A stretch of DNA of 62,587 nucleotides, filler included, from a bacterium (GTDB lineage Bacteria; JAMOTN01), in the NCBI GenBank assembly GCA_027062325.1. It is 7 parts of 7 records of this genome, joined end to end, with 100 filler letters (N's around TTAATTAATTAA, not from the genome) between each part and the next. Parts side by side here need not be neighbours in the genome. Positions count along the whole stretch, not along the records: positions 47,229 to 54,980 come from JAMOTN010000034.1; positions 55,081 to 62,587 come from JAMOTN010000036.1; 5 more parts are not named here. One strand, given 5' to 3'. The number at the start of each line of letters is the position of its first letter. Position 1 is the first letter of the stretch. The notes below the pieces were generated by a model. That model was not told where the DNA came from, ran no database searches, and saw only the letters and a list, made by a program, of their open reading frames with translations. Both the position numbers and the translations under genes were made by a program. Shown piece after piece: positions 48,677 to 59,400 of the stretch.

Positions 48677-49469
48677 GCCGCACCCTTATGGGATAATGGT
48701 TTCTTTGGGATTTCTTTCTGGCTGGGCAATGGCGGTGTGGCGTTTTAAGCGCCATTTTTTTAGAGGAGATCCTGAGGCTTCCCAAAAGGCTTTTGATAAG
48801 GCAACGGATGTGGCACTTGTCGGGGGAATGTTCGGATTTTTGGGAGCTAAACTCATGTTTTTGTGGGCACACAGGCATGAATTGGACAGCTTATGGAGAG
48901 CGTTCCTTTCTTCTGGAGGGTTTGTGTTTTTTGGTGGAGTAATTGGTGCAATTTTAGCGTTATTTGTATATGCGCGCTACACTGGTATTCCATTTTTATA
49001 TCTTACGGATTTGCTCTCCCCTTCTTTAAGTTTAGGGCATGCTATAGGAAGAATAGGTTGTTTTTTGAATGGATGTTGTTACGGTATACCTGTTGGAAGT
49101 TGTTGTGCATTTTTAGGAGCTTACTGTGCGCACACAGGAAATCCTGCTATAGATATGGTGAAGCGCTATCCAACTCAGTTATTTGAGAGTACCTTTCTTT
49201 TTATCCTGACTTATATACTTGTTAAATTTGGCAATGTAGAAAAACGGGGGCATACTACGGGGTTATACTTTGTAAGCTACGGAGTTTGGAGGTTTTTGAT
49301 TGAATTTATAAGAGGGGATGATAGAGGAACATATTTTGCAGGATTATGGATATCGCAGTGGATTGCTCTGGCAGTGGCGATAATGGGATTGGTTCTGCTT
49401 TTTAGGGCAAAGGTTGATGATAAACAGGAAAAGATGAAAAAAGCGATGGAGGACAGAGATGATAGTTGA
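48651..49469 (+). CDS. lgt: prolipoprotein diacylglyceryl transferase
   Basis: YG.M, GG.VFFGG, AIGRIGCFLNGCCYG, PTQLFES, RFLIEFIRGD. Confidence 0.93.
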   Translation: MMKMVNFPKPHPYGIMVSLGFLSGWAMAVWRFKRHFFRGDPEASQKAFDKATDVALVGGMFGFLGAKLMFLWAHRHELDSLWRAFLSSGGFVFFGGVIGAILALFVYARYTGIPFLYLTDLLSPSLSLGHAIGRIGCFLNGCCYGIPVGSCCAFLGAYCAHTGNPAIDMVKRYPTQLFESTFLFILTYILVKFGNVEKRGHTTGLYFVSYGVWRFLIEFIRGDDRGTYFAGLWISQWIALAVAIMGLVLLFRAKVDDKQEKMKKAMEDRDDS

Positions 49470-50367
49470 GCTTGAGGGAAGAGAAGGTTTGAGATTGGAT
49501 ATGCATTTGCTTGAAGAATTGAAGAAGAGGGAAGTTAGTGCTATAACGCGAAGTAAAATACAGAAGCTAATAAGGGATGGAAAAGTTGAGATAAATGGTG
49601 TTGTTGTGAAAAAAGGAGGTTTAAAGTTAAAGGGAAAAGAGAAGATAACGGTGAATTTTGAATTTGATGAGAATGAAGAAATTGAGGCAGAAAATATACC
49701 TCTGGATATAATTTACGAAGATAACGTGATATTAGTTGTAAATAAGCCTGCTGGGATGGTGGTGCATCCCGCTGCAGGGCACAGAAAAGGTACTTTAGTC
49801 AATGCAATCTTATACCATGTGAAAGATTTAGATTTTCCCCAAGGAAAGGTTGGATTGGTTCATAGATTGGACAAGGATACCTCAGGATGTCTGGTTGTAG
49901 CTAAGAATGAGGAAGCACTTTTAGAGCTTAGGAGGCAGTGGCAAAATAGAGCGGTAGAAAAAGAGTATGTTGCTGTAGTGGAAGGGCATATTCCAGATGG
50001 TATAACGGTTTTAAAAGGGCCGATAGGTAGACATCCTAAAGACAGAATCAAAATGGCTGTTGTTTCATATGGTAAGGAGGCTGAAACTTGGGTTGAGCCG
50101 ATTGAATATCTTAAAGGAGCTACTTTGTGCAAAGTTTTGATTAAAACTGGTAGAACTCACCAGATAAGAGTACATCTATCAAGATTTGGACATCCCATAG
50201 TTGGAGATAAGGTTTATGGTAAGGGAAGTAACTTAATAAATAGAGTTGCTTTACATGCGAAAAAGTTGGGTTTTTATCATCCTATTACGAGAGAATGGCT
50301 AGAAGTGGAGGCACCTTTAGCAGACGATATCAAGAGTTTGATAAATACTCTCAGACAAGGTAATTAG
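49459..50367 (+). CDS. rluD: RluA family (RluD-like) pseudouridine synthase
   Basis: S4 domain, NKPAGMVVHPA, VHRLDKDTSG, TGRTHQIRVH, GD..YG, LHA. Confidence 0.9.
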   Translation: MIVELEGREGLRLDMHLLEELKKREVSAITRSKIQKLIRDGKVEINGVVVKKGGLKLKGKEKITVNFEFDENEEIEAENIPLDIIYEDNVILVVNKPAGMVVHPAAGHRKGTLVNAILYHVKDLDFPQGKVGLVHRLDKDTSGCLVVAKNEEALLELRRQWQNRAVEKEYVAVVEGHIPDGITVLKGPIGRHPKDRIKMAVVSYGKEAETWVEPIEYLKGATLCKVLIKTGRTHQIRVHLSRFGHPIVGDKVYGKGSNLINRVALHAKKLGFYHPITREWLEVEAPLADDIKSLINTLRQGN

Positions 50368-50378
50368 GAGGGAGGCGT

Positions 50379-50705
50379 TTGAGAGTTCTTTTAAAGTATT
50401 TGTTCCTGTCATTTTTAGGAGTTGGAGCAGTTGTATTTGTAGTATCAGAAATTGGTATGTTTTACGAAACTGTTGCTTCTATATCGTGTGCGAGTAGTGT
50501 ACGAAAAATTCAAGAGGCGGTTGATAAAGCCATTGTTGATGGAATGCGCATTCCGAAGTTTTATCCAATACCACTTGAGGAGTTGGAAAGAGAGGGATAT
50601 TTAAAGTATCATTTAAGTTGTAAGATAGGAACGTTCTTTTTTATAGATGCTGAAAACAGGGTGCGCTGTTCTTATCATGGGGCAGATAAGTGGCTTGTGA
50701 GGTGA
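50379..50705 (+). CDS. small type IV pilin-like (ComGC-like) protein
   Basis: N-terminal TM, C...VRKIQEAV, LEELEREGYL, C...VRCSYHG. Confidence 0.6.
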   Translation: MRVLLKYLFLSFLGVGAVVFVVSEIGMFYETVASISCASSVRKIQEAVDKAIVDGMRIPKFYPIPLEELEREGYLKYHLSCKIGTFFFIDAENRVRCSYHGADKWLVR

Positions 50706-51337
50706 GTGGAGTGTTTAGGAGAAAAAAGTACCTTGTGAAGGTGGGTTTGCAGTTAAGATATATGATGCTTGTTTTGTTGGCAATGCTAGCAGTTCTTGTG
50801 GTTGTTGGTTGGACAGTATACTTTACTATATGGAAAGAAATTACGGCAGACCCGAATCTTACGATGGATAAATTGGTATTAATATTTGAAAAGGGAAATG
50901 CAGAGTTGCTGAAAAAACTTGCCATAATTGTGTTGTTTGTGGGTGTGCTAAGCATATTTGTTTCTCATAGAATTGCGGGACCAGTTTATAGATTTGAAAA
51001 AAGTGCAAAAGTGATAGCGGAAGGAGATCTATCTTTGCGAATAAGGTTGAGAAAAGGTGATGAATTGCAAGAGCTTGCAGATGCTTTTAATCAAATGACA
51101 GAGAGTTTGGAGAGTATGGTGTTTAACGATAGGCGTGTTCTCAAAAGATTAGAAGTCGTATTAAAGACTTTGAAGGAAAAGTTAACTACTAAAAAGGCTT
51201 GGAGTGAGGAAGATAAAAAACACCTGTTAAATGAGATAGAGAATGCTTTGGAGGCTTTGGATAAAGTTAGTTCTTCCTTTAAGTTGAGTGAGGAGAAGGA
51301 AAAGTTGTTGGCTGTATATGAGGAAGAAGCCAAGTAA
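50690..51337 (+). CDS. two-TM HAMP domain protein without output domain
   Basis: RRKKYLV, two TMs, SHRIAGPVYRFE...GDLS.RIRLRKGDELQELADAFN. Confidence 0.8.
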   Translation: MACEVSGVFRRKKYLVKVGLQLRYMMLVLLAMLAVLVVVGWTVYFTIWKEITADPNLTMDKLVLIFEKGNAELLKKLAIIVLFVGVLSIFVSHRIAGPVYRFEKSAKVIAEGDLSLRIRLRKGDELQELADAFNQMTESLESMVFNDRRVLKRLEVVLKTLKEKLTTKKAWSEEDKKHLLNEIENALEALDKVSSSFKLSEEKEKLLAVYEEEAK

Positions 51338-51374
51338 GAAGCAATTGAGTTGCTGTTCTGGAGGATAAATTGTA

Positions 51375-52457
51375 GTGTTGAGTGGCTATGCGTTGGGTGA
51401 TAGGAAGGGTTTGATATATGATATGCTCTTTAAGGTGCTTAAATTTTATCTTTTGTTGATTTTTTTTAGCTCATCTATTTATGCAGAAGTGAATAGAGAC
51501 AACCTCATATCTATTGCTAGAAAACTTAACAGTTTGTTTGAAATTATAGAGAATTTTCCAGCTCCTATATCTCAAGGAATACTGGAAAGTGTTGTGGATA
51601 TGCTTTACTACTCCTTGGGTGCTAAATGTTTGGCAGTTGTTGAGAAGGGGTGGATGTACGTTGTTCCGGCAGGGTGTAAAGTAGATTTAAGACTCATGGC
51701 TTCTGTAAAAAGGGGGCATATTTATTTTCAGAATAAGAATGGAGTAATGGTGTGGGCTGTTCCTATGAGGAATGGGGGAATGTTTTGGGTAAAGCTCAGA
51801 AATAATACAGGAGAGACTGGAAATTTAGGGAAAGCTTTGACTTATTCTGTAATTGGAATTGGTTTGGTTGTTTTATTAGGTGTAGTTGTGGCTTTATGGG
51901 CTTTTTCTCTTCTCCACAAAAGAAATGCAACTTTTTCTAGAGTTGTTCCTGAGAATCGTGATGTTGATAATAATGAGATAATAGTAAGGGTTTGGCATGA
52001 GCTGAGTGGAATACCGCTTCCGCCAGAAGCGGAAGAAAGGATAAAGATACTTGCTGGGTTTTACAGGCCTTTAAAGGTAACAAAATTTTCGGTGAAAGAG
52101 ATTGTTCTAGAGTGTATTATGAGGCAGTCTGAAAAGTTCGATAATGTGGAGTTTGCAATTGAGGGTGATGACTTTGAAGTTGAAAGTGACAGCTTGCGGT
52201 TGGAAATTATACTGGATAATCTTTTAAAGAATGCGGCAAGGGAGAGTAGAAGTGTTGTTGTTGAGCTTAACAGTGATGAAAAGAGAATCTTTGTGAAGAA
52301 TGCGGTTGATTGTTTAAAAGTTGACTTTTCGCGTTATAAAGGGACTGGTATTGGGTTGAAACTGGTGAGAGAGATGTGCTTTAAACTTGGAGTAAAGTTT
52401 GATATTGAGTGTAAAGATGGCTTTGTGATTGCAACTTTGTCTTTTGAGAATAAGTAG
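51375..52457 (+). CDS. degenerate sensor histidine kinase
   Basis: Two TMs, WHEL (H-box), NLLKNA (N-box), GTGIGL (G2); no DxGxG G1 box. Confidence 0.7.
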   Translation: MLSGYALGDRKGLIYDMLFKVLKFYLLLIFFSSSIYAEVNRDNLISIARKLNSLFEIIENFPAPISQGILESVVDMLYYSLGAKCLAVVEKGWMYVVPAGCKVDLRLMASVKRGHIYFQNKNGVMVWAVPMRNGGMFWVKLRNNTGETGNLGKALTYSVIGIGLVVLLGVVVALWAFSLLHKRNATFSRVVPENRDVDNNEIIVRVWHELSGIPLPPEAEERIKILAGFYRPLKVTKFSVKEIVLECIMRQSEKFDNVEFAIEGDDFEVESDSLRLEIILDNLLKNAARESRSVVVELNSDEKRIFVKNAVDCLKVDFSRYKGTGIGLKLVREMCFKLGVKFDIECKDGFVIATLSFENK

Positions 52458-52479
52458 GATTTAGAAAAAGTGAAATGGA

Positions 52480-53970
52480 TTGGGCAGTGTGGAGGTGGAG
52501 ATAATGGAGAGGTTGGTAAGCCTTATCGGATTGGTAGTGCTTATGTTGATCGCATGGGTTTTGTCTGAGAATCGTAGGAAGGTTGCTTGGAAGACAATTT
52601 TGTGGGGAGTAGCTTTACAGCTGTTTTTTGCAGTTATAGTGCTTGCAACTAAACCTGGTAGAGAGTTTTTTGAATGGACGAACGACATAATTAAGAGATT
52701 GTTGTCATTTACTGATGAGGGTTCAAAATTTTTATTCGGCTCTCTTATAACCAGAACGGATACCTTTGGATTTATATTTGCGTTTAAAGTTTTGCCCACT
52801 ATAATATTCTTCTCTTCTTTTATGGCGGTTATGTATCACTTAGGTGTTATGCAGACTGTGATCTTATTTATGGCTCGCATAATGTCAAAGACTATGGGGA
52901 CAAGCGGTGCAGAGAGTTTATCTGCTGCTGCTAATATATTTGTTGGACAAACAGAAGCTCCTTTAGTGGTAAGGCCATATGTTCCGATAATGACAAGAAG
53001 TGAGCTTATGGCTGTTATGACTGGGGGAATGGCTACTGTTGCAGGTGGAGTTATGGCTGCTTACGTGGGAATGTTGTCTGGATATTTTCCAGATATTGCG
53101 GGACATCTGCTTGCTGCTTCTATAATGAGTGCACCTGCGGCATTAGTTATTGCAAAGATTATGGTGCCAGAGACTGAGGAGCCACTTACGAAAGGAGAGG
53201 TTAAGTTTGAGGTTGAAAAAATAGATGCAAACGTGATAGATGCTGCGGCACGCGGAGCAGGAGAAGGTATGAAGTTGGCTTTGAATGTTGGTGCTATGCT
53301 TCTGGCTTTTATAGCTTTAGTTGCTATGATTAATACTCTTTTGATAAGTATTGGTGACTTCATAGATAGAGCGATTGGTAAGGATCCAAATTTTGTATAC
53401 ACAACTGCAAAACTTGAACCGGGAACTCAAATTGAGATACTCGATACCCGCAAAATGAGAACTTATAAGGCTAAGGTTGTTGCTATTAAAGAAAAGGGGT
53501 TGGAAATTACAGCAAAAGTATACGGTTCTAACAAATTGGAGATTAAGGATGTAAAAACGGGTAAAGTTTACGAGGCTACTGGATCAGGGGCATTTGAAAT
53601 GAGTATGCAAAATATTCTTGGAATTCTCATGGCTCCTCTTGCGTGGATCATGGGGGTTCCTTGGAAAGATGCGAAGTTGATTGGCGCTTTGATAGGAGAG
53701 AAGACTGTCTTAAATGAGTTTGTTGCTTACGCCCATCTTGGTGAGTATTTAAAAATGGGCGTAAAGCTTGATAAGAGGAGCATAATAATAGCGACTTATG
53801 CCCTTTGTGGATTTGCTAACTTTGGATCGATTGCTATACAGCTTGGTGGAATTGGTGGAATGGCTCCTGAAAGAAGAAAGGATTTAGCAGAGCTTGGTTT
53901 AAAAGCCATGATTGCAGGAAGTTTAGCAGCTTTCATGACTGCAACAATTGCCGGAATTCTCGTTCCATAA
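52480..53970 (+). CDS. nupC: CNT family nucleoside transporter with inserted domain
   Basis: FAFKVLPTIIFFSS, GTSGAES, NIFVGQTEAPL, GMATVAG, NEFVAY, LCGFANFGS. Confidence 0.93.
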   Translation: MGSVEVEIMERLVSLIGLVVLMLIAWVLSENRRKVAWKTILWGVALQLFFAVIVLATKPGREFFEWTNDIIKRLLSFTDEGSKFLFGSLITRTDTFGFIFAFKVLPTIIFFSSFMAVMYHLGVMQTVILFMARIMSKTMGTSGAESLSAAANIFVGQTEAPLVVRPYVPIMTRSELMAVMTGGMATVAGGVMAAYVGMLSGYFPDIAGHLLAASIMSAPAALVIAKIMVPETEEPLTKGEVKFEVEKIDANVIDAAARGAGEGMKLALNVGAMLLAFIALVAMINTLLISIGDFIDRAIGKDPNFVYTTAKLEPGTQIEILDTRKMRTYKAKVVAIKEKGLEITAKVYGSNKLEIKDVKTGKVYEATGSGAFEMSMQNILGILMAPLAWIMGVPWKDAKLIGALIGEKTVLNEFVAYAHLGEYLKMGVKLDKRSIIIATYALCGFANFGSIAIQLGGIGGMAPERRKDLAELGLKAMIAGSLAAFMTATIAGILVP

Positions 53971-53984
53971 TTTGAGGTGAAGAG

Positions 53985-54980
53985 TTGAAGGCGATGAATG
54001 TGTCAGTTGTTTCTAGCAAGATTAAAAACGATGGTAAATTTTATCGAGTGGTTATTGCTGAGGATAATCCAACAGTAAGGCATGCTCTTGGTGTATTTTT
54101 AAAGGAAAACTACGGTTTTGAAGTTGTAGAGGTGGCAAGTGTTGAGGAGCTAAAGGGAGTGGAGGCAGACTTTTATGTAACGGATCTTTTTTTGAAGGAT
54201 GGATGTGCATTCGAGGTTGAGTTTCCTAAAAATAGATGGATAGTGATAACAGGACGTGGAGGTGTAGATGAGGCGGTAGAGGCAGTGAAGAAAGGTGCGT
54301 ATGATTTTCTGTTGAAACCGGTTGATTTGAAAAAATTAAAGGTTGCTTTTGAAAATATGATAAATTTTGTGGAGATGGAAAAAGAACTGGAGAAGCGAGG
54401 ACATGTTTTGGTGTCTTTCTCTGATAAGGTAATAGTGGGTGTTTCTGAAAATTTGAAAAGAGCTGTTTCTGCAGCTAAAGAGTTTGCAGTGAATAATAAA
54501 AGATATATTACAGTGTTCGGAGAAACAGGTGTTGGCAAGAGTTTACTGAGCGATTATATAGCTTATTTGTTTAAAGGAGTGATAAAGAGGCTTTCTTTAG
54601 CAGCAGTTGATCCTGACTTTGCTCATATGGTTTTGTGTGGCACAAGTGAAAGAAAAGGGATGTTTTGCGTAGGTGGGGATGAGCTTTTGATAGTTGAGGA
54701 TATGCATGCTGTTGATGTGAAAGTTGGGAGATTGTTGGTTAACATATTGGATGAGTGGAGTTGCAAAGTAGCTGATACTGGGAGAGAAGTTCCTATTAAG
54801 GGAAAGGTAATTTTTAATGTTACGCGTTTAGAGGATACCAAACTTCCACAAGAGCTTATGAGTAGATTGGAGACAGAAGCTGTTGAGATACTACCGCTTA
54901 GGGAGAGGAAGGAAGATATAATTCCAATTTTTGACTATCTTTTGAATAAGCATTCAAAAGAGGCTACTTCGACAACTTAT
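53985..54980 (+). CDS. NtrC-like response regulator with degenerate AAA+ domain, 3' truncated
   Basis: Receiver (AED, TDL, ITG, GAYDFLLKP), GETGVGKS, PLRERKEDI; GAFTGA absent. Confidence 0.8.
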
Positions 54981-55080
54981 NNNNNNNNNNNNNNNNNNNN
55001 NNNNNNNNNNNNNNNNNNNNNNNNTTAATTAATTAANNNNNNNNNNNNNNNNNNNNNNNNNNNNNNNNNNNNNNNNNNNN
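54981..55080. other. artificial contig linker
   Basis: N44-TTAATTAATTAA-N44. Confidence 0.99.
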
Positions 55081-55356
55081 GTCATTACCCTCTATGATGC
55101 CTTCTCTACATCCTTAAAGAAAGCACGTGCTTTTCAAGAAGAGGTTGGTTCAAGAAAGAGAATTTTAAGGGATTACAAGATGATGTATCAAACTGGGAAA
55201 GCAACAATTACTGATGTTTTAAAGCAATTAGTTGCTTATAAGGCAAGTAAATTAGCTTTTTATTCTTCAATGTATCAATCTTTAAATGACGCCTTTGAAA
55301 TTTTTAAGGAGGTAGAAATAGATGAGAGAAGTGAGCTTATCAAAATCTTATTCTAA
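55081..55356 (+). CDS. TolC family outer-membrane efflux protein, C-terminal fragment
   Basis: Frame from 55081 reads ...YKMMYQTGKATITDVLKQ... (Y..G.....DVL motif), stop 55354-55356; upstream of MFP and RND. Not in the ORF track. Confidence 0.7.
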   Translation, partial: VITLYDAFSTSLKKARAFQEEVGSRKRILRDYKMMYQTGKATITDVLKQLVAYKASKLAFYSSMYQSLNDAFEIFKEVEIDERSELIKILF

Positions 55357-56398
55357 ACTTTTTTCAGTAAAAGGTTGTAAACGGAGAGTGTTTTTAGCAG
55401 TATTGGTGTTAGTGTTGATGTTTATTTTGGAAAGTATATGTACTGCTACCTCAACTCAAAACATATTTTTCTATAAACTAAAGCGTGAAATATTTTCTCC
55501 TTATATTCAAACTTATGGAATAGTTGTGCCGGATGAGGTGAAAGCTGTTGTAGAAACACCGGGAAAACTCATATTTACAGTGCCAGAAGGAACTCACTTT
55601 AAAAAAGGAGAGTTGATTGCCAAGGTTGATACTTCTACACTTCAGAAGAAACTTGAAGCGCTACGTTTTCAGAGAAAATCTTTGGAATCTAACTTTGAGT
55701 ATTTGACTCGAGAATTGAAAAGAGCTGAAAAATTGTTCAAAAAGAAAGTTATAGCTAAAAGCGATTATGAAAAAATTCTCTATCAATTTCAGGCAACCCA
55801 AGCTCAATTGGATGCTATTGCCAAACAAATTGAAGAGTTAGAGATAACTATACGGAAAGGATCTCTGTTTGCTCCTTTTGATGGGTTTGTCTTGAAAAAG
55901 TTACTTCAAACCTACGACTTTGCAAAATCTCCTGTATATATTCTAGCGAAGGATAAGGCAAAGTTTAACTTCTGGGTGCCTGTAGATAAACTTGAATATT
56001 TTAAGAAGGCAGTTGCGGTCAAAACAGAAGATTTTGTGATAAAGCTAGCACACACCACAGTTGAATCTTCTTTCAGGCCCATTCCCTACACGGGGCAGAT
56101 AAGCATTTTGTGTCCAGTAGATTCAAAATACATAGGAAAGTCTTACAAAACCTATATACTACTGCCAACAACAGAGGTGATCAGAGTTCCTCTGGGGGCA
56201 GTTTTAATGGTTAAGGATAAAATGTTCGTATTGAAAAAAGAAGGAGACAAATACATAAGACAAGAAATTGAGCCGTGGTTTGTGTATGAAGATTCTGTTT
56301 TGGTTAAACGTGGGATCTCAGAGGGAGATGAAATACTGCGAGTTGGAATTTACAGCACAACGTTTGACAAAACTGTTTATTTGGACAGAAAAAAATAA
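55322..56398 (+). CDS. RND efflux membrane fusion protein
   Basis: EG..FKKGELIAKVD, coiled hairpin, LFAPFDG.V, VPLGAV, GISEGD. Confidence 0.88.
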   Translation: MREVSLSKSYSKLFSVKGCKRRVFLAVLVLVLMFILESICTATSTQNIFFYKLKREIFSPYIQTYGIVVPDEVKAVVETPGKLIFTVPEGTHFKKGELIAKVDTSTLQKKLEALRFQRKSLESNFEYLTRELKRAEKLFKKKVIAKSDYEKILYQFQATQAQLDAIAKQIEELEITIRKGSLFAPFDGFVLKKLLQTYDFAKSPVYILAKDKAKFNFWVPVDKLEYFKKAVAVKTEDFVIKLAHTTVESSFRPIPYTGQISILCPVDSKYIGKSYKTYILLPTTEVIRVPLGAVLMVKDKMFVLKKEGDKYIRQEIEPWFVYEDSVLVKRGISEGDEILRVGIYSTTFDKTVYLDRKK

Positions 56399-56424
56399 AA
56401 ACAGCAATTTTGTCTTAAAGAGAG

Positions 56425-59400
56425 GTGGGTAGGTTGAATATATCGCGGTTTGCTGCGTATCACCCGGTTCCAGTAGCGGTTTTCGCATTGGTTGCAGTTA
56501 TATTGGGATTTTGGGCATGGTTTTATATGCCTGTGGATTATATGCCGGAAATGGATATTCCCATAAGCATAGTGGTTATTCCGTGGGAAGGAGCAGATCC
56601 GGAAACCATAGAGGAAGAAATAGTAAAACCTCTTGAAAGTTTTCTGGCTGGAGCTAAAAATGCCAAAAAAGTTAAAGCAATGAGTATGGACAATGCAGGA
56701 GTTGTCATTGTTGAGTATCACTCCTTTGTCACCAAAAGGGAGGCAATGCAGAATACAAGAGAAGAAATTGAAAAGTTTAAAGCGGTTTTTCAACTTCCCA
56801 AAGGAGCAAAGGAACCGGCAATATTTCAGATGGATCCTGCAATGATGCCAATTTTATTTATGGGATTTACAAGCACTAAACTCACACCCCGTCAGCTTTA
56901 CTCCTTTATTGATCAGAATATAAAGCCGGAGCTGGAGAGCGTTGAAGGTGTTGGAAATGTCATGATATTTTCTCCGAATAAGCGTGAAATACATGTTATC
57001 CCAAATGTTGAGAAGTGTTTGGCTTACGGAATAACTTATGCGGACGTAATTACAGCTTTGCAAACTCATCTTAAGAATCTTCCTGCAGGAGATGAAGAGA
57101 TTGGAAAAGGATTGCGGAGGATTAAGGTTTACTTAAAGCCGTATTTTGTCCCTAAAATAGGAAAAATTCCTGTGAAAAAGTTAAAAGATGGGAACGTGAT
57201 TTATCTAGAAGACGTGTGTAAAATTGAAGATGCTGTTGCTAAGAAACAAGGAGAAGTTAGTATAGAGGGGATTCCAGCAGTTTTCGTGGCAATCAGGAAA
57301 CAGCAGGGAGCCAACATAGTCAGCACTACTGATGCTGTTAAAAGAAAAATTAAAGAGATTTTGGAAAAGTATCCTCATATAAAAATTGCTTTGAGTTTTG
57401 AAGTCGCAAAGTTCATAAAGCAGTCAATTAGCAACTTAACCCAAAATGTGATAACGAGTATCATCATTGTTTCAATTACAGTTTGGCTGTTTTTGAAAAG
57501 ATTTTCTGCTGTTATGGCGGTAATAACGACTATTCCCATAGCTTTCATATTTACCCTGTTCCTTATGTATTTGAAGGGAATGACATTGAACATGATATCT
57601 TTGGGTGGATTGGCAATAGCAATTGGAATGCTTGTTGACAATGCAGTTGTTGTAACTGAAAATACTGCCCGCCTTGTTACCGAGAAAAAGTTTTCCTCTT
57701 TAAAAGAAGCAGCTATTCAGGGTGCATCCGAGATGATTTTGCCCATAATTGCAAGCACCTTGACAAGTGTAATCGTTTTTTTACCCATAGCTTTTTCAAG
57801 GGGGCTCGCTTCAAAGTTCTTTGGGCAGTTGGCGGCGACTATAACGTTTTCTCTGACTATTTCAATCATCACAAGTTTTACGGTTGCAGTTTCCATACTT
57901 GCTAAATATGCCAAACCAATTCCTGAAGGCTGGTTTGTGAAAAGCTTGCAGACTGCCTACACAAAACTTGTAAGTGTGATTGCTAGGAGCGGATTCGTGG
58001 CTTTTGTAATAATAGGCGGACTGGTATTACTGACAGTTGGTGGGTTAGGAGTGGTTAAGCACATGAATGCCACTTTCATCTCTGAAGCCGATGCCGATGA
58101 TTTTGGAGTGGTAGTAAAACTTCCGATAGGAACAAACTGGCAGGCTTCAAAACAGGTGGCAGATTTGCTTTTGCATGAGATAGAGGATAGAATTCCGGAA
58201 GTTGAATACATTTTACAACAAGTTGGTGTAACTCAAGCTTCTGCTTTGGAAAGTGCTGCCTTTGGGGGAGAATCGGGAGAAGAGGTTATAAGTTTGTATA
58301 TAAGGTTGAAATCCGACAGAAAGAGGACAGCTCCTCAAATAATGGACGAAATAGCCAAAATCGTTAACGATCCAAAGTGGCACTTTACAAGTGTTAAGTT
58401 TCAAAAGATTACACAGGCAACTATTGGAGCAGGAGACGAGTTTGTGGTTGCTCTATATTCAAACGATGAGGATACTCTCGAAGATTACGCCAGCTTTTTA
58501 AAGAAAGAACTTTTAAAGTTACCCGAGATAAAAAGCATAGTTTCCACCTTGGAAGATAAAAAGCCTGAGGTAAAATATACGATTAAAAACGACGTATTAA
58601 AACATTTTGGAATACCTGAAGAGTTCATAAGAGCAGCCTTGTGGATGTCCACCACTGGACTTGAAACTGGAAGAATTTTTCTTGACGGAGAAAGCATTAA
58701 GGTTAGAGCCAAGCTGAAACCTAAAACTCATGAACTTTTTCTTCCTTTGGGGGAAATTGCGATCCCTATTGACAACTTTGTAAACAAGGAATACAGGCTT
58801 GTCCCGCTTGTCAGAAACAGATACAAGAAAAGAAGTGTGGTATATCTAAAATGTACACTAGAACCTAACACTCCATTGAAAACTTTGAAAGAAAAAACGA
58901 TAAAGCTCATAGAAAAGAGCAAACCACAAAGCATCCTGTTTGACTTTGAAGGTAGTGTTGAAAAAATGGAAGAGGTATTTTCAGACTTGGGAAAGATGTT
59001 TATTTTAAGCACCATACTGGTTTACCTTACAATGGCTGCGCAGTTTGAAAGCTGGATATTGCCGTTTTTGATTGCACTCTTGGTTCCAACAGATATAATT
59101 CTGGCAATGTCTGTTTTTCCGATAATAGGCAAAAGTTTTGACGTGACAGCCTTCCTTGGTATGATAGTTTTGGCAGGAATCGTTGTTAACAACGGAATAG
59201 TCTTCATAGACGTGTTTAAAAACCACTATTCAGAACTTGGTGCGGATGCAATAACCCTTGCTGCGTCTCAGCGTTTAAGACCCATTCTGATAACTTCACT
59301 CACAACGATCGTTGGGATGATACCGCTGGCACTTGGAATGGGGAAAGGTGCAGAGTTGAGACAATCCATGGGAATAATGGTTGGAGGGGGTATGACGATT

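Noticed and set aside
10451-55080. TTAATTAATTAA repeated six times within N runs
   Set aside because: Artificial six-frame-stop linker, not a biological repeat. ORF-track entries that run into X residues are truncated by it.
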